Below, in pieces: positions 1 through 11,800 of a stretch of 64,000 nucleotides of DNA; the stretch's first letter is position 1; each line of letters starts with the position of its first letter. The translations under genes were made by a program, and so were the position numbers. Under the pieces are notes generated by a model. That model was given only the letters and a program-made list of their open reading frames with translations. It searched no databases and was not told the origin of the DNA. Source of the DNA: the human T2T-CHM13v2.0 reference genome, Homo sapiens; assembly GCF_009914755.1 (NCBI RefSeq), contig NC_060938.1. The stretch is one strand, 5' to 3'.

Positions 1-905
1 TGTCAGAACTGTCTCAAAGTAAATGAAGCGGGTTTCACCTCCTTCCTTTCCAGCAGCTGATGGATGATCTCAGGCAGTGGTACCCACATTGGACACTATG
101 TCATTCCACATTACTGGTCCTGCCTGGCTTCTTGAGGAATGGGGCCAACTCAACTCAGTTTTGATTTCACAAAGGGGCCTCTTTGCTCCACTCATTACAG
201 ATAAGCCCCTTTTCTGAGCCCCTTTTCAACCAATGCTGATTAGGCTGTATTTATATTTGTAATAAAAGGGTAAACATGTCCAAATGTCTTCAAATATCCA
301 CAGACAGAATCATCAGAAACTAGCTAGTCTAACTTGAAACTCCTAACCTATAACCTGGGGGCAAGGAGGGGTGGCAGGAAAGAAAAAACTATATATCTGC
401 GAATTATAAACTATGTGCTTCTTAGTTCTCAACACAAGCTCAAATTCCAATGGGCTGATCCATTCTCTCATTCATTCACTCACCATTCTTTGAGCCGCTA
501 CTCTGTGAGCAGCACAAGTATGTGGGTACCAGGAGACAAACAGGGTTTGAAATGTAAGCAACCAGAAGCTAATCTATGGAAAAATGTTTTCAGCCATCAT
601 ATGTGTAAAATTCTAAGGAGGGGAAATGTAGAGGGCAACATATTAGGACAGCATGTCAGGCAGCTAATCAAAAAAATATTCAGTTACTTTTCTGCATTAT
701 TACGATACGTATGGTAGTTGCCAGCACTTATAAAAGTGTAATATTGTGTGACTTCTTTTCTTATGCTAAATAAGTATTCACTTTCATATTTAATTTCTAA
801 GTGGGCCCTGAAAACTGCACTAACAGGCCTCGTAGTGGACTGGTCTACAGCCTGGGGCTTGGGGACTCCTAGACTAAGGGAAGCAGATATACCAGAAACT
901 TTTGT

Positions 906-2042
906 TATTGTTGTTTTTTTGTTTTGTTTTTTTTCTTTTAAGTTCAGGGGTACATGTGCAGGATGTGCAGATTTGTTACATAGGTAAACGTGTATCATGT
1001 CCCTGCAAAGGACATGATCTCCTTCCTTTTTATGGCTGCATAGTATCCATGGGGCATATGTACTACATTTTCTTTATCCAGCCTATATTGATGGGCATTT
1101 AGGTTGATTCCATGCCTTTGCTACTGTGAATAGTGCTGCAATGAACATACGTGTGCATGTGTCTTTATAACAGAACAATTTATATTCCTTTGGGCATATA
1201 CCCAGTAATGGGATTGCTGGGTCAAATGGTATTTCTATCTCTAGGTCTTTGAGGAATCGCCACACAGTCTTCCACAATGGTTGAACTAATTTACACTTCC
1301 ACCAACAGTGTAAAAGTATTCCTTTTTCTCCACAACCTCTCCAGCCTCTGTTATTTTTTGACTTTTAGTAATAGCCATTCTGACTGGTGTGAGATGGTAT
1401 CTCATTGTGGTTTTGATTTGCATTTCTCTAATGATCAGTGATGTTGAGCTTTTTTCCATGTTTGTTGGCCGCATGTATATCTTCTTTTGAGAAGTGTCTG
1501 TTCATGTCCTTTGCCCACTTTTTAATGGGGTTGTTTTTTTCTTGTAAATTTGTTTAAGTTCTTTATATATGCTGGATATTAGACCTTTGTCAGATGCATA
1601 GATTTCAAAAATTTTCTCCTATTCTGTAGATTGTCTGTCTACTCTGTTGGTAGTTTCTTTTGCTGTGCAAAAGCTCTTTAATTAGATCCCATTTGTCAAT
1701 TTTTGCTTTTGTTTCAATTGCTTTTGGCATCTTTGTCATGGAATCTGTGCTTGTGCCGATGTCCTGAATGGTATTGCCTAGGTTTTCTTCTAGGGTTTTT
1801 ATAGTTTTGGGTTTTACATTTAAGTTCTTAATCCATCTTGAGTTGGTTTTTATGTATGGTGTAAGGAAGGGGTCCATTTTCAATTTTCTGCATATGGCTA
1901 GCCAGTTCTCCCAACACCATTTATTAAATAGGGAATCCTTTCCCCATTGCTTGCTTTTGTCAGGTTTGTTGAAGATCAGATGGTTGTAGGTGTGCAGCCT
2001 TATTTCTTGGTTCTCTATTCTATTCCATTTGTGTATATAACT
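906..2042 (-). mobile_element. 5'-truncated L1PA LINE-1 (approx. L1PA7/8 age): ORF2 C-terminal remnant plus partial 3'UTR
   Basis: T-rich tail at ~906-940. Minus ORFs 1083-1277, 1286-1474 and 1605-2075 are frameshifted L1 ORF2 peptides ([38 protein letters not shown]). TSD agaaacttttgt at 894-905 and 2043-2054. Confidence 0.95.
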
Positions 2043-2329
2043 AGAAACTTTTGTAGTAATGAGTGGGAAGTACAAACTAAGAGACTCAAGACATAAAATG
2101 AATAAATCACTACATGCAGTGTCTGTAGATTATTGTACGAGATGGACAATGATCCTGCGAGTTTCTTCCATTTCTGCAGTCCCATTCTGATGGACAAAGT
2201 TACTGCAAAAGTCCTTCACACATAGATCATGTGTCATTTAGGATGAGATGCTTTGGGCAGAAAACCTGATTCAACTAGCTTAAGCACACAAAGAATTAAT
2301 GTTCTTATATAACAAGAAGTCAGAGGTAG

Positions 2330-3851
2330 TGTCACGGGATCCTTGGGATGTCACTTCACCAGCTGGAAGCCTCTGTGGCTGGTGGTGCCTTTGCCCAAGT
2401 TTTTACTCAGGCCCTCTGGGATCATTCTGCCCACTCAGCCTAGCAGGCTGCGCTCAGCTCATGCTACCAGCCTAAATTTCATGCCGGCCAAGGGTGAGCC
2501 AAGCACGGAGCAGCAAGGTGTGCGTGAGGAAGCGAGCATGGGATCTAGCCACTGTGCATAGCCAGGCATGCCATCTGCAGTGGGGCAGGCAGCTCCAGGC
2601 ACCAATACGGGCACTGGCTCCCTGCGAGGATGCAGCTGGACCAGGTATCCTACAAGCAGCTTCCATGGCTGGCACCAGGGAATGTGGTGGTGCCTGGAAG
2701 CTTGGAGACCCCAGGAACCACAGAGCCCCGGAGAGGGTGTCATAGTCCTGGCTCAGGGAGCTCCTAGGCCTGAGCTCCTCAAAAGGCCATAGCACTTCTC
2801 TCCTTCTCTCGTCTTCTTGTCACTCACAATGTGGTGAGCAAGGGCATGTTTCAGCCCTGTTTGTATTATAGCTGTTTTATCCCCACCATTCAGCAGGTCC
2901 TGAATTCTTGTCCTGTGTCCAGGAAGAATGAGGTACACATACAAGTAGAGGGTGAGCAAGGTGAATACAAGCTTTATTGAGCAGCTGAATAGCTCAGAGG
3001 AGACCCGCAGTGGGTAGCTCCTCTCCATAGGCAGGGCGTCCTGATGAGTATTCAGCTTTCAGCAGGGAGGAGGCCCACATTGGGCAGCTCCTCTCCACAG
3101 CTGGTCATCTGGTCATCTCCTGGAGTCTAGCTGAGTCCAGGGTGTTTTACAGGCTTCAGAGGGGAGGAAGTGCATGCTGATTTGTTCAGGGATGGCCATG
3201 AGCAGGCCCAGGAAAAGCACCATAAGTTCCCTTTCTGGTGCATCAGCCCAGATCCCAGGCTTCAGGCTGTCCCTGGCGTGAAGGTGGGGCTTCACGAGCC
3301 TCTTTCCACCCAGGAGCCTGTCTGCCTCCTGCCATCACCCAGGCTGTTTGTGCCAAGGGGTGCCTGCAAGCCTGTGCCAAGCCACCCTTATCCCCAATCA
3401 GTGCCCAAAGTCTGGAGGGGTCCAAGGCAGCAGGGGCTGGCATGTCAGCGCTACCCCAAGTGTGCACACACATGGCTGGGTTGCAGTAGCCCAGGTTGCA
3501 ATAGGCCAAGGCTCAGCCTCAACTTTGCTCCAAGATTGGAACAGGTGCAGGGAGCTGGGGGACGCCAGGCAGCAGGACCAGGTACTTCTGAGCCTGTGGG
3601 GACAGGGGAGCTTTCCACCCCAAAGAGGGCAGAGACTCCAGGGCCTGCAGGCTTGGCTGGGTGGCAGCAGCTGCACCCAGGTTGCACAAGGTTCCCACCC
3701 TGTGAACTTGGAAGGGGATGGGGCTTCCACCTGTTCCCCACTCCCACCGGCTTGCACCAGCTCCATGGAGGGCCCAGCCCCAGCTGTGCCTCCCCAGCTG
3801 CAGTCAGCACCATGTCAGTGGCTGCTCCAGATGGGACCACTGGTCCCATCA
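2330..3851 (-). mobile_element. ERV1 solo LTR, MER52A-like
   Basis: TG...CA termini (tgtcacggg...cccatca), 4-bp TSD GTAG at 2326-2329 and 3852-3855, minus-strand AATAAA near 2975, GC-rich body resembling the MER52 consensus. Confidence 0.88.
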
Positions 3852-4039
3852 GTAGGGCAATTCTAGGGCTGGTTAATTTAGCAACTCAACAAATTTTTCC
3901 CCTCCACCTTCCTCAGTGTGAGACCTTCCAGTTTGGCTTCCCCTCATGGTCCCATGATGCCACTTCAGTTTCAGATAACATATGTTGAAGGCATTGTCCA
4001 AAGACAGAAAAGGGCCTGCCTCCTCTCACATGTGGCTTT

Positions 4040-4582
4040 TTTAAAAGTCAGGTTTATGAATACAAAAGTGACAGTAAAATTAATCATTTCTAAATGTATA
4101 GTTTGATGAGTTTGACAAATGTATACAGTCATGTAGCAATCAAGGTAGAGAACATTTCCATCACACCAAAAATTCCCTCGGGTCTGCTTGTAGTCAGTCC
4201 CTTCTCTCAATCTGAGCACCTGGCAACCACTAATTTGATTTCTGTCCCTGTAATTTTCCCTTTGCAAGGATTTCAGATAAATATAATGATACATTAGGTT
4301 AGCCTTTTGTGTCTTGCTTCTTTTATTAAGCACAGTGCACTTGAGATTGTTCCAGGTTGCAAATATCAGTAGTCTATTCTGTTTTATTGCTGAGCAGTAT
4401 TCCATTGTATAGCTATACCATAGGTTTTTATCCATTCACCAGTTAATGGGCATTTGGGCTGTTTCCAGTTTGAGCTACTATAAATAAAGCTGCTATGAAC
4501 ATCCACAAACAGGTATTTGTGTGGACATATGTTTTCATTTCCCTCTAGTGGGATTGCTAAGTTGGACAGTTAACACACTCTG
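4040..4582 (-). mobile_element. Old L1M (L1MB/ME-type) 3' fragment
   Basis: Typical L1M 3'-end text (agaacatttccatcacaccaaaa; ttttattgctgagcagtattccattgta; ataaagctgctatgaaca); ORF 3971-4435 (LWYSYTMEYCSAIK). Confidence 0.85.
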
Positions 4583-5664
4583 CTTTTTAAGAGCAAGTAA
4601 ACTTTTCCCAGAAGTTCCTCTGTGTCTTGGGTCACATGCCCCTTCCTAAGCCAGTCACTGGCAGAAAGAACAGAAAGAAATTCATCAAAATCCCTTCTCA
4701 TGGCTCTGGGGATAGGGCAATCTTTCCCAACTATATATTTTCATGTGGAAACAAAATCCATGCTCTTTAAGCAGGAAAGAAGAGAAAAATAGGTTTAGAC
4801 AAGCAACCAACAACAGCTCACCCAAGAAACACCTTACCTCTGGACATATTATTATATTAGATCATTGGTTCCTTATTTTGTAAGCCACTTGAATCAAATT
4901 TTCTGCCAAAAGCATCCTAAATGGCACACGACCTATGTGCCTGCACCCATTTTACCAACCAGAGGGACTATCGTGACTTACACCTTGTAACCATGGGGTG
5001 CTAGCCACAGCTAATAGGACCACATGCTGATCAGCGACTCATAAGGGGCCCAATGAGGCGTTCTACACTGGATTTGACTGAACCAAAACAGATACTCTCT
5101 CAGAGGGTTTGAGTTCAAGACATCGGGAAAGAGAATGAGTAGAAGAACAGCAGCAGAATGGAAGACAGACACAGGAAAAACGAGCAGAAAGCACAAGGGA
5201 AAGAGAGTAGAGGGATTTCTCACTGATGCCAGAGTGAGAAAGTGGATCCAGGTGATGAGAGAAGCAGCCGAGATCAGCAGAATCATCTGTAAGACCCGGT
5301 CATAGGATTCGGGAGCACTGGCGTCACTTCTGGGAGAGGATAAGATGCCTGCTACCACAGCAGCTGTGTATCTAGAACGTCCTCCACTTTTGTTGAGACT
5401 GCTAGGGTGGTTGCCAGTCTCTTGGATTTCCCCAAGTGTCCATATACCGAATCTGCCACCTGAGATGACCTTAGGTGACCAAGACTAGCCTTGTCCTTTG
5501 CCCCGAGCTCACTCACTTCACAATCTTCTAATCACAGTATGCCTAACTGCCTCCCTGAGGCCAACATATACAATGAAAACTTAGTCACACATACAACAAC
5601 ACATCCCTCCTAAGCATCATCAAAAGGGCAGAGACCAGTGTATGTGACCAGACTGACCAACATT

Positions 5665-5845
5665 CCCTGAGAGCTTACTCAGAGTTAGGCACTGTTACGT
5701 ATCTTACCTGGGTTAACTCACTGAATACTACAAACGCTGTCACATAGGTAATATTATTGTTCCCATTCTACCGACAAAGAAACTGACACCAAGCACTCAA
5801 GTAATTTGCTCAGCATTCACAGCCAACGCATGGCACAGCCTTTAC
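5665..5845 (-). mobile_element. MIR SINE
   Basis: MIR core in antisense (cccattctaccgacaaagaaactgac...aagtaatttgctcag). Confidence 0.7.
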
Positions 5846-6134
5846 CTAGGGGTGAGCAGCTCCCACTGCCGGCCTAGGATCAGGGACCCTGATGGAGGCA
5901 GAGCACAGCAAGTGGCAGGGAAGGTGAAGAGCATCTCAGTCCCACTGGAAGCTGTGGTACTTGTCCAGGAACTCCAAAAGCAGGACTGCAAGGAGCCCAA
6001 GCAACACACAGCACACACACATTTCCAACGCTCCAGCCCTGGAAAATGTCACTCACTTCAGAGTCCTGGCCCCAGGATTGAGTTGAATCTCAGGCCAAGA
6101 CGAAGCAAGCAATTTAGACTGAAGAATTTGTTCT

Positions 6135-6305
6135 CTAAGGCCTCACTACTGAGAGTGAGGGCTATGGGCCCGCAGTATGGGCATCACTGGATGCCTGTTG
6201 GAAGTGCAGGATCTCAGCCCCGCCCAAGACCTAGTGAATCTGCATCTAGATTTTACAAGACTCACAGGTGATACACATGGACTTACACTTCTAAGATGCT
6301 CTGCT
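6135..6305. mobile_element. MER5A (hAT-Charlie) DNA transposon
   Basis: ggcatcactggatgcctgttggaagtgcaggatctcagccccgcccaagacctagtgaatc...tttacaagactcacaggtgat matches MER5A. Confidence 0.75.
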
Positions 6306-7166
6306 CTTATGAGTCCTGGAGGGCTTTGGAACAAAGGATGGTGGTAGGGGAGAAAAGAAGGGCCAGACAGTCCCTGATTTTACCCTCTGTCCAAACCTGA
6401 CTGGCCAGTATATTTTTCAGCCTTGTGTTTAATGATCTCAGGATGTATCCATCTCTGCACTGTGGGGTTGGTATTTTTGAATGCCCATTTAACAATAAAA
6501 GCAGGAATTATTTTTTTTCCTTATGAATTGCTTTATTGAACCTCCTATATGTGTCTCATCTTTTCTTCTTGGCTGCATTGTGTGTTTTTATGTGTGGAAA
6601 AAAGCAGGGCTTAAATGTCAGAAGGAAGGGATCAGATTCCCTATCCTCTTGCCAACCAAGAGCACATTTACTAGTCTCTTCCCTCCATTAAACATTAAAT
6701 GATGTTTATGAAGCACCCACATGGGCCTGGAGCTTTTCTCAGTGCTTGGGGTTGCCAGGTGGCCAACATAAATGGCATTACCCTTTATTTGAACTTTCTA
6801 CTCTGGTGTTCTTGGAGGCTCTACAGGAACATGAGGAGACCCATATTTAAAGTAAGAACCAAGCAAGGGGATAGACATGACACAGGAGATGTAGTCCCCG
6901 ACTCTTAATCAATCAGGTAGATCAGTGAACTGATCGTGATCAGTCAGTTATCTTATCTCAGTTCCCCATAAGCCCTGCCCAACAGCTGTCCTTAACTTCT
7001 CTAGCCATCTCCCACCCTGGCTGAACTCTGCCTGCTCCTTATTGCCCAGAGGAGAATTTGACAACCCATCAAGAGCTCAAAAGAGTGTCAAAATAAATCA
7101 ACTTTTCCTATTAAAATCTCACAGATAGAGTGACCAGACTCACTAACTCAGTATTGGGGTTTATGA

Positions 7167-7868
<702 letters not shown>

Positions 7869-8861
7869 TGGACACTTTATCCTAGAACATGAGATAGAGG
7901 ATAGGCTTCCATAAAGATGAATCATATTCTCCTTTGTGTGTTCAAATCAGATCTTTCAACATCTTGTTCAGTGTAACAACTGCTAAGTAAACTCACGGGG
8001 TATAATTATCTTCCTATCATCACCACGAACTGAGATACATTTATATATAAAAGTAGACTGCTACATCCTCCTCCTCCAAAAGCACCATTAGTAACCAGGC
8101 ATCCAGGGAAAGCACACGGAGGCTCCTTCACAAGAACTCCTCTGCAGAGAAGGCAGGAAGGAGGAGGAGGAAGGGGAAGTATGTGCGCCACCGGACTCTG
8201 GCCCTCCTCTCTCATGCTTCCAGGCCAGCAATGATGAATCTGACGCCATGTGAACGAGATTTGCAGGTGTGTGTAGGAGGCCACCGGGGCAAGCCCGGAT
8301 GAATGGGAATGTGGGGAGAGGAGGATTTCTGGGACACAAGCAGAAGCAAAGGTTGTGCTTGAATGAGCAAAAATAGGGCAGATGCCTCTTCCTGAGGGAG
8401 GGTGGATAGGTCATCCTGCAAGATTTAGAGCCCTGCAATGCAAGACCCTAATACAGTCACCGGGGAGGATATAACACGCAGGATATCCCCTGCGTGAGAG
8501 TCAACAGACACTGAGAGTCAGAACTGTCTGATGACTTCGGAAGTCTGCCGAGCCCATTGAAGCTAACTTCACAGCGGCCCAGGACAGACAGCCATCTTGA
8601 TGGGTCAACTTGAGGCAGGAGGATCACTTGAGGCCACGAAAGCAATGGACTGGATTAGCTAAGGGGTAAGCCACATAGTAGGCATTCAGTAAACAGTTAT
8701 TGAATGAATGGAAGGGTGGATGTGCCCACGTAAACTTCAGAGTCAATAAGTTGGCCCAAGGACCCTATCCATCTCTTCATCAGTTCATTCAGTACAGAAG
8801 TTTTGAGTGCCCACTTTACGTCTCACACTAGGCAGGACCGAACAAGGCAGACTAGATTAGA

Positions 8862-9190
8862 GGAGAGGTTGGCAAGCTTTTTCTGTAAAAGGCCCGAGGG
8901 AAAATAAGTGTGGGCCTGACACTCTCTATAATAGTTACTCAGCTCTGCCACTGTGGCATGAAGGCAGCCATGGATAATATGTAAATGATGAGCATGGCTA
9001 TGTTCAAATAAAATTTTATTTATGGACACTAAAATTTGAATTTCATACAATTTTTATGTGTCATGATACATTATTTTTCTTTTGTTTTTATTCAGTGATT
9101 TAGAGTGTAAAAACCATTCTTAGCTCTTGGGCCCTACAAAAGCAAGTGGACAGCTAAATTTGGTCCCCAGTCTATAGCTTGCTGACCCCT
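8862..9190. mobile_element. MER58B (hAT-Charlie) inserted in an L2
   Basis: ggttggcaagctttttctgtaaaaggcc...ctcagctctgccactgtggcatgaaggcagccat...ttgctgacccct; about 330 bp. Confidence 0.85.
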
Positions 9191-9199
9191 ATGGAATAG

Positions 9200-9430
9200 A
9201 GTGACAGGGAAAGAAGGAGGCCTCTGCCAGGAAGGTGACATTCGAGCTGAGACTAGAATGAGGATAAAGAACCAGCCATGCGAAGAGAGAAGGGAAGAAC
9301 ATTTCAAGCACAGGAAAAAGTTGTACAAAAGCCATAAAGAGGGGATGGACTTGATGTGTTCAAGGAACACAAAGATGAGCAGGGTGGCTAACATACAGTG
9401 AGCAAGAGAAAGTTGTATGAGATGAGTGCT
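9200..9430 (-). mobile_element. L2 LINE fragment
   Basis: ggaaggtgacattcgagctgagac...tgtgttcaaggaac is typical antisense L2. Confidence 0.75.
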
Positions 9431-9470
9431 TCCTGAGGTATATGGTCTCAAAATCAGCTTTTAACAATAA

Positions 9471-9471
9471 T

Positions 9472-9522
<51 letters not shown>
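9471..9522. repeat. (TATACA)n hexanucleotide microsatellite
   Basis: About 8 tandem copies seen directly. Confidence 0.95.
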
Positions 9523-9523
<1 letters not shown>

Positions 9524-11310
9524 GCACAGTGGAATCCACAGCAGAGAGCTGTTGAATAGTTGTGAGGGAAAGCAGATCTAGAAAATTCTGTGTCCTGGTT
9601 TAATCATGGTTTCAAGAGATAAATATGAAGGCAGTCCCAGTGTCTGTGTCCATCAGCAGCTGTGAAGCTTCTTGTTTGAGGGTACAATTGTAGACTTTGA
9701 TTCATAGGCATGTCTTTGGACAAAACCGATTGTGACTCTACTGGCCCTGGTTTCTCTTCGTTGTTCAGGGTTGGTCGTTCTTAGGTTTTAAGCAACAGCA
9801 TCTTTCTGGAAAAACTGTGAGAGAAGCAACTCACAACATGATTTGAGTTTTGTTTCACTTTGAGTGCAAAATGGCTATTTTGAGGTTTACAACATTTTGA
9901 GTGTTATGGATTGTTTGATTCCTAGATTCTAAAAAATACTGATTAGCTTGGTATGTTTCACATCAGCTTGGTACCTTTTATGTATTAAGTTATGACAGAA
10001 TCTTATTATATTCAAATTATGAAAAGTCTTCTGGCATGCCCTATTCAAAAGGAAATAGACTACTCCAGCCATCAACCACACGCCGTGACAACTATGGATA
10101 CCATCAAAAACTTGATGGCAGGCCTCTGAGAACCTGCTGTACCTCCTCCATCTCGTATTAAATAGAGATAGAGCAAGAGGGGCTGAAAGAGGGAAAGAGC
10201 CAGGAGCAGGTGAAAGAAACTCGTTTTTGCAGAGTATTGTTTTGATTTTTTGGCTTCTGGCCTCCATAGCCTTTGACCTTGAGTCAATCCCTGCCCTTGG
10301 AGAAGCCATCCTGGTCCACATTTTGCCCTTCATATATGGATGTTGACTTTGTCAATTAACATTACTTGCACAAAATTAAGGCACAGAATAGCATCCCAAC
10401 CCTTCATGGCCTCAACTGGGGGGGCAAAGCAACTCAGCAGTTTTCTAGTCTTGGCAGCATCAAAAGAGCATCTGCAATCAATTACCATCTTTTCCCCCGT
10501 TTCTCACCATCCTTTGCTTAAAAATGGCTAACCCATTTTTTCCCTCATATCCTTATAAAAACACATGCACACACCAACACACACATGTGCTCCCAGGCTG
10601 AAATCACAAATGCCAAGGCTTAGCCCAGAGAGAACATTTATGACTGGGTTATACATCCCCAAAAATAGGGGCTTATAATGGAAATACTGACAGATCATTA
10701 ACTATAATAGCATAAACCAAGGCACAGAATTTTCACATTGTCTCCATTCTGTTTGTGTCAGCAGGGTTTCCAGGCCCAGAATCCAGCTGAAGCTCATGAG
10801 CTGTGCCTGACTATAGGGGGTAAATTTGAGGGCAAGAGAATAGCCTAGAGAAAACAGCTTGGGACCTACAGAGCCTTCAGGTACAGGATATTCTGCAATG
10901 TTTGGATTCAGTAATGATCACAGAAATCTCAGCCACAGAGAAGATACCATGTGGGCTAGAAGCCTAAATCCCTACCAGCAACTCATCTCTAATGACCAAT
11001 TTCTCCTTGCCGCCCCAGGTGTGACATTTACTGACCTAAAGAAGCAACTTAGAGCAACAAGCCAGCAACTGATAGGTTGAAACTATCCCCTGCCAGGTCT
11101 CAGTTCTGGTCCTCATGCTCTCCTTCAAGATCAACCCACTTAAGTTTATCACCAGTGCTTAAAACATTGTCTGACACATAGTAAATGCTCAGTATATGTT
11201 TGTTGTCAGATGCATAGACGGATGGACCAGCAAGTTAATGAATAAAGGAATTAGCAAAGGAATATTGGTCTCAGTTTTCTCATCTGTGAAATGAGATGGT
11301 TCAACAAAAT

Positions 11311-11480
11311 CAGTGGCTTTCAACTCTGTTTACCCATTGGAATAACCTAGAATCTCTTTACAAAAACACTGATCAGATGCTACGCTCAAATAAGTCAGAA
11401 TCTCTAGATACAGGGCTGGGGTATCAACAGTTTTAAACGCTCCCCAGGTTTAATACAGAGCCAGGTTTGCAAAGCAGTGA
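11311..11480. mobile_element. MER5B-like DNA transposon
   Basis: cagtggctttcaactc...ttggaataacct...tcagaatctct...gctccccagg...gccaggtttgcaaagcagtg. Confidence 0.65.
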
Positions 11481-11634
11481 ATAAAATAATTCTAAAATTC
11501 TGTTCTGGATTTAAAATTCTATGGATCTTAACTAATTTGGGTCATAAAATTCAAGGCCTAGAATTTGTCTCTCCCCAACTCAGAGAAATAAAATCAAGGT
11601 AAGTAAAATGACATCAGTAAATTATATTGAGGGA

Positions 11635-11800
11635 ACAATGACCATTTATTGGATTCCTTGGTGCCAAGCACTGTGCATGGCATATATTATCTCCAGTCCC
11701 TCTGACAGGTGGCATTATCTCATTATCCCTATTTTTCAGATGAGGAACCTGGGGCTCAGAGATGTTAAGTGAATTATCTAAGTCGGCTCATAAACAGAAA
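11635..11800 (-). mobile_element. MIR SINE
   Basis: atttttcagatgaggaacctggggctcagagatgttaagtgaatt core. Confidence 0.8.

Larger units (their letters stand above)
2230..4815 (-). mobile_element. Old MaLR LTR (MLT1J/K-like) in three pieces: ~2230-2329, 3852-4040 and 4585-4815
   Basis: MLT1-type motifs (ttaggatg...cagaaaacc...aacaagaagtcagaggtag; gggtcacatgccccttcctaagccagtcactgg) continue across two nested insertions. Confidence 0.65.

Noticed and set aside
1083-2075. Three minus ORFs with real protein similarity
   Set aside because: Frameshifted L1 ORF2 remnants of a 5'-truncated element, not a host gene.
2343-3988. Dense overlapping ORFs, including the 272-aa ORF 3170-3988
   Set aside because: They lie essentially within the GC-rich MER52-like LTR, where stop codons are scarce; no recognisable domain.
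9705-9730. AGGCATGTCT p53 half-site
   Set aside because: The adjacent second half-site lacks the CWWG core.
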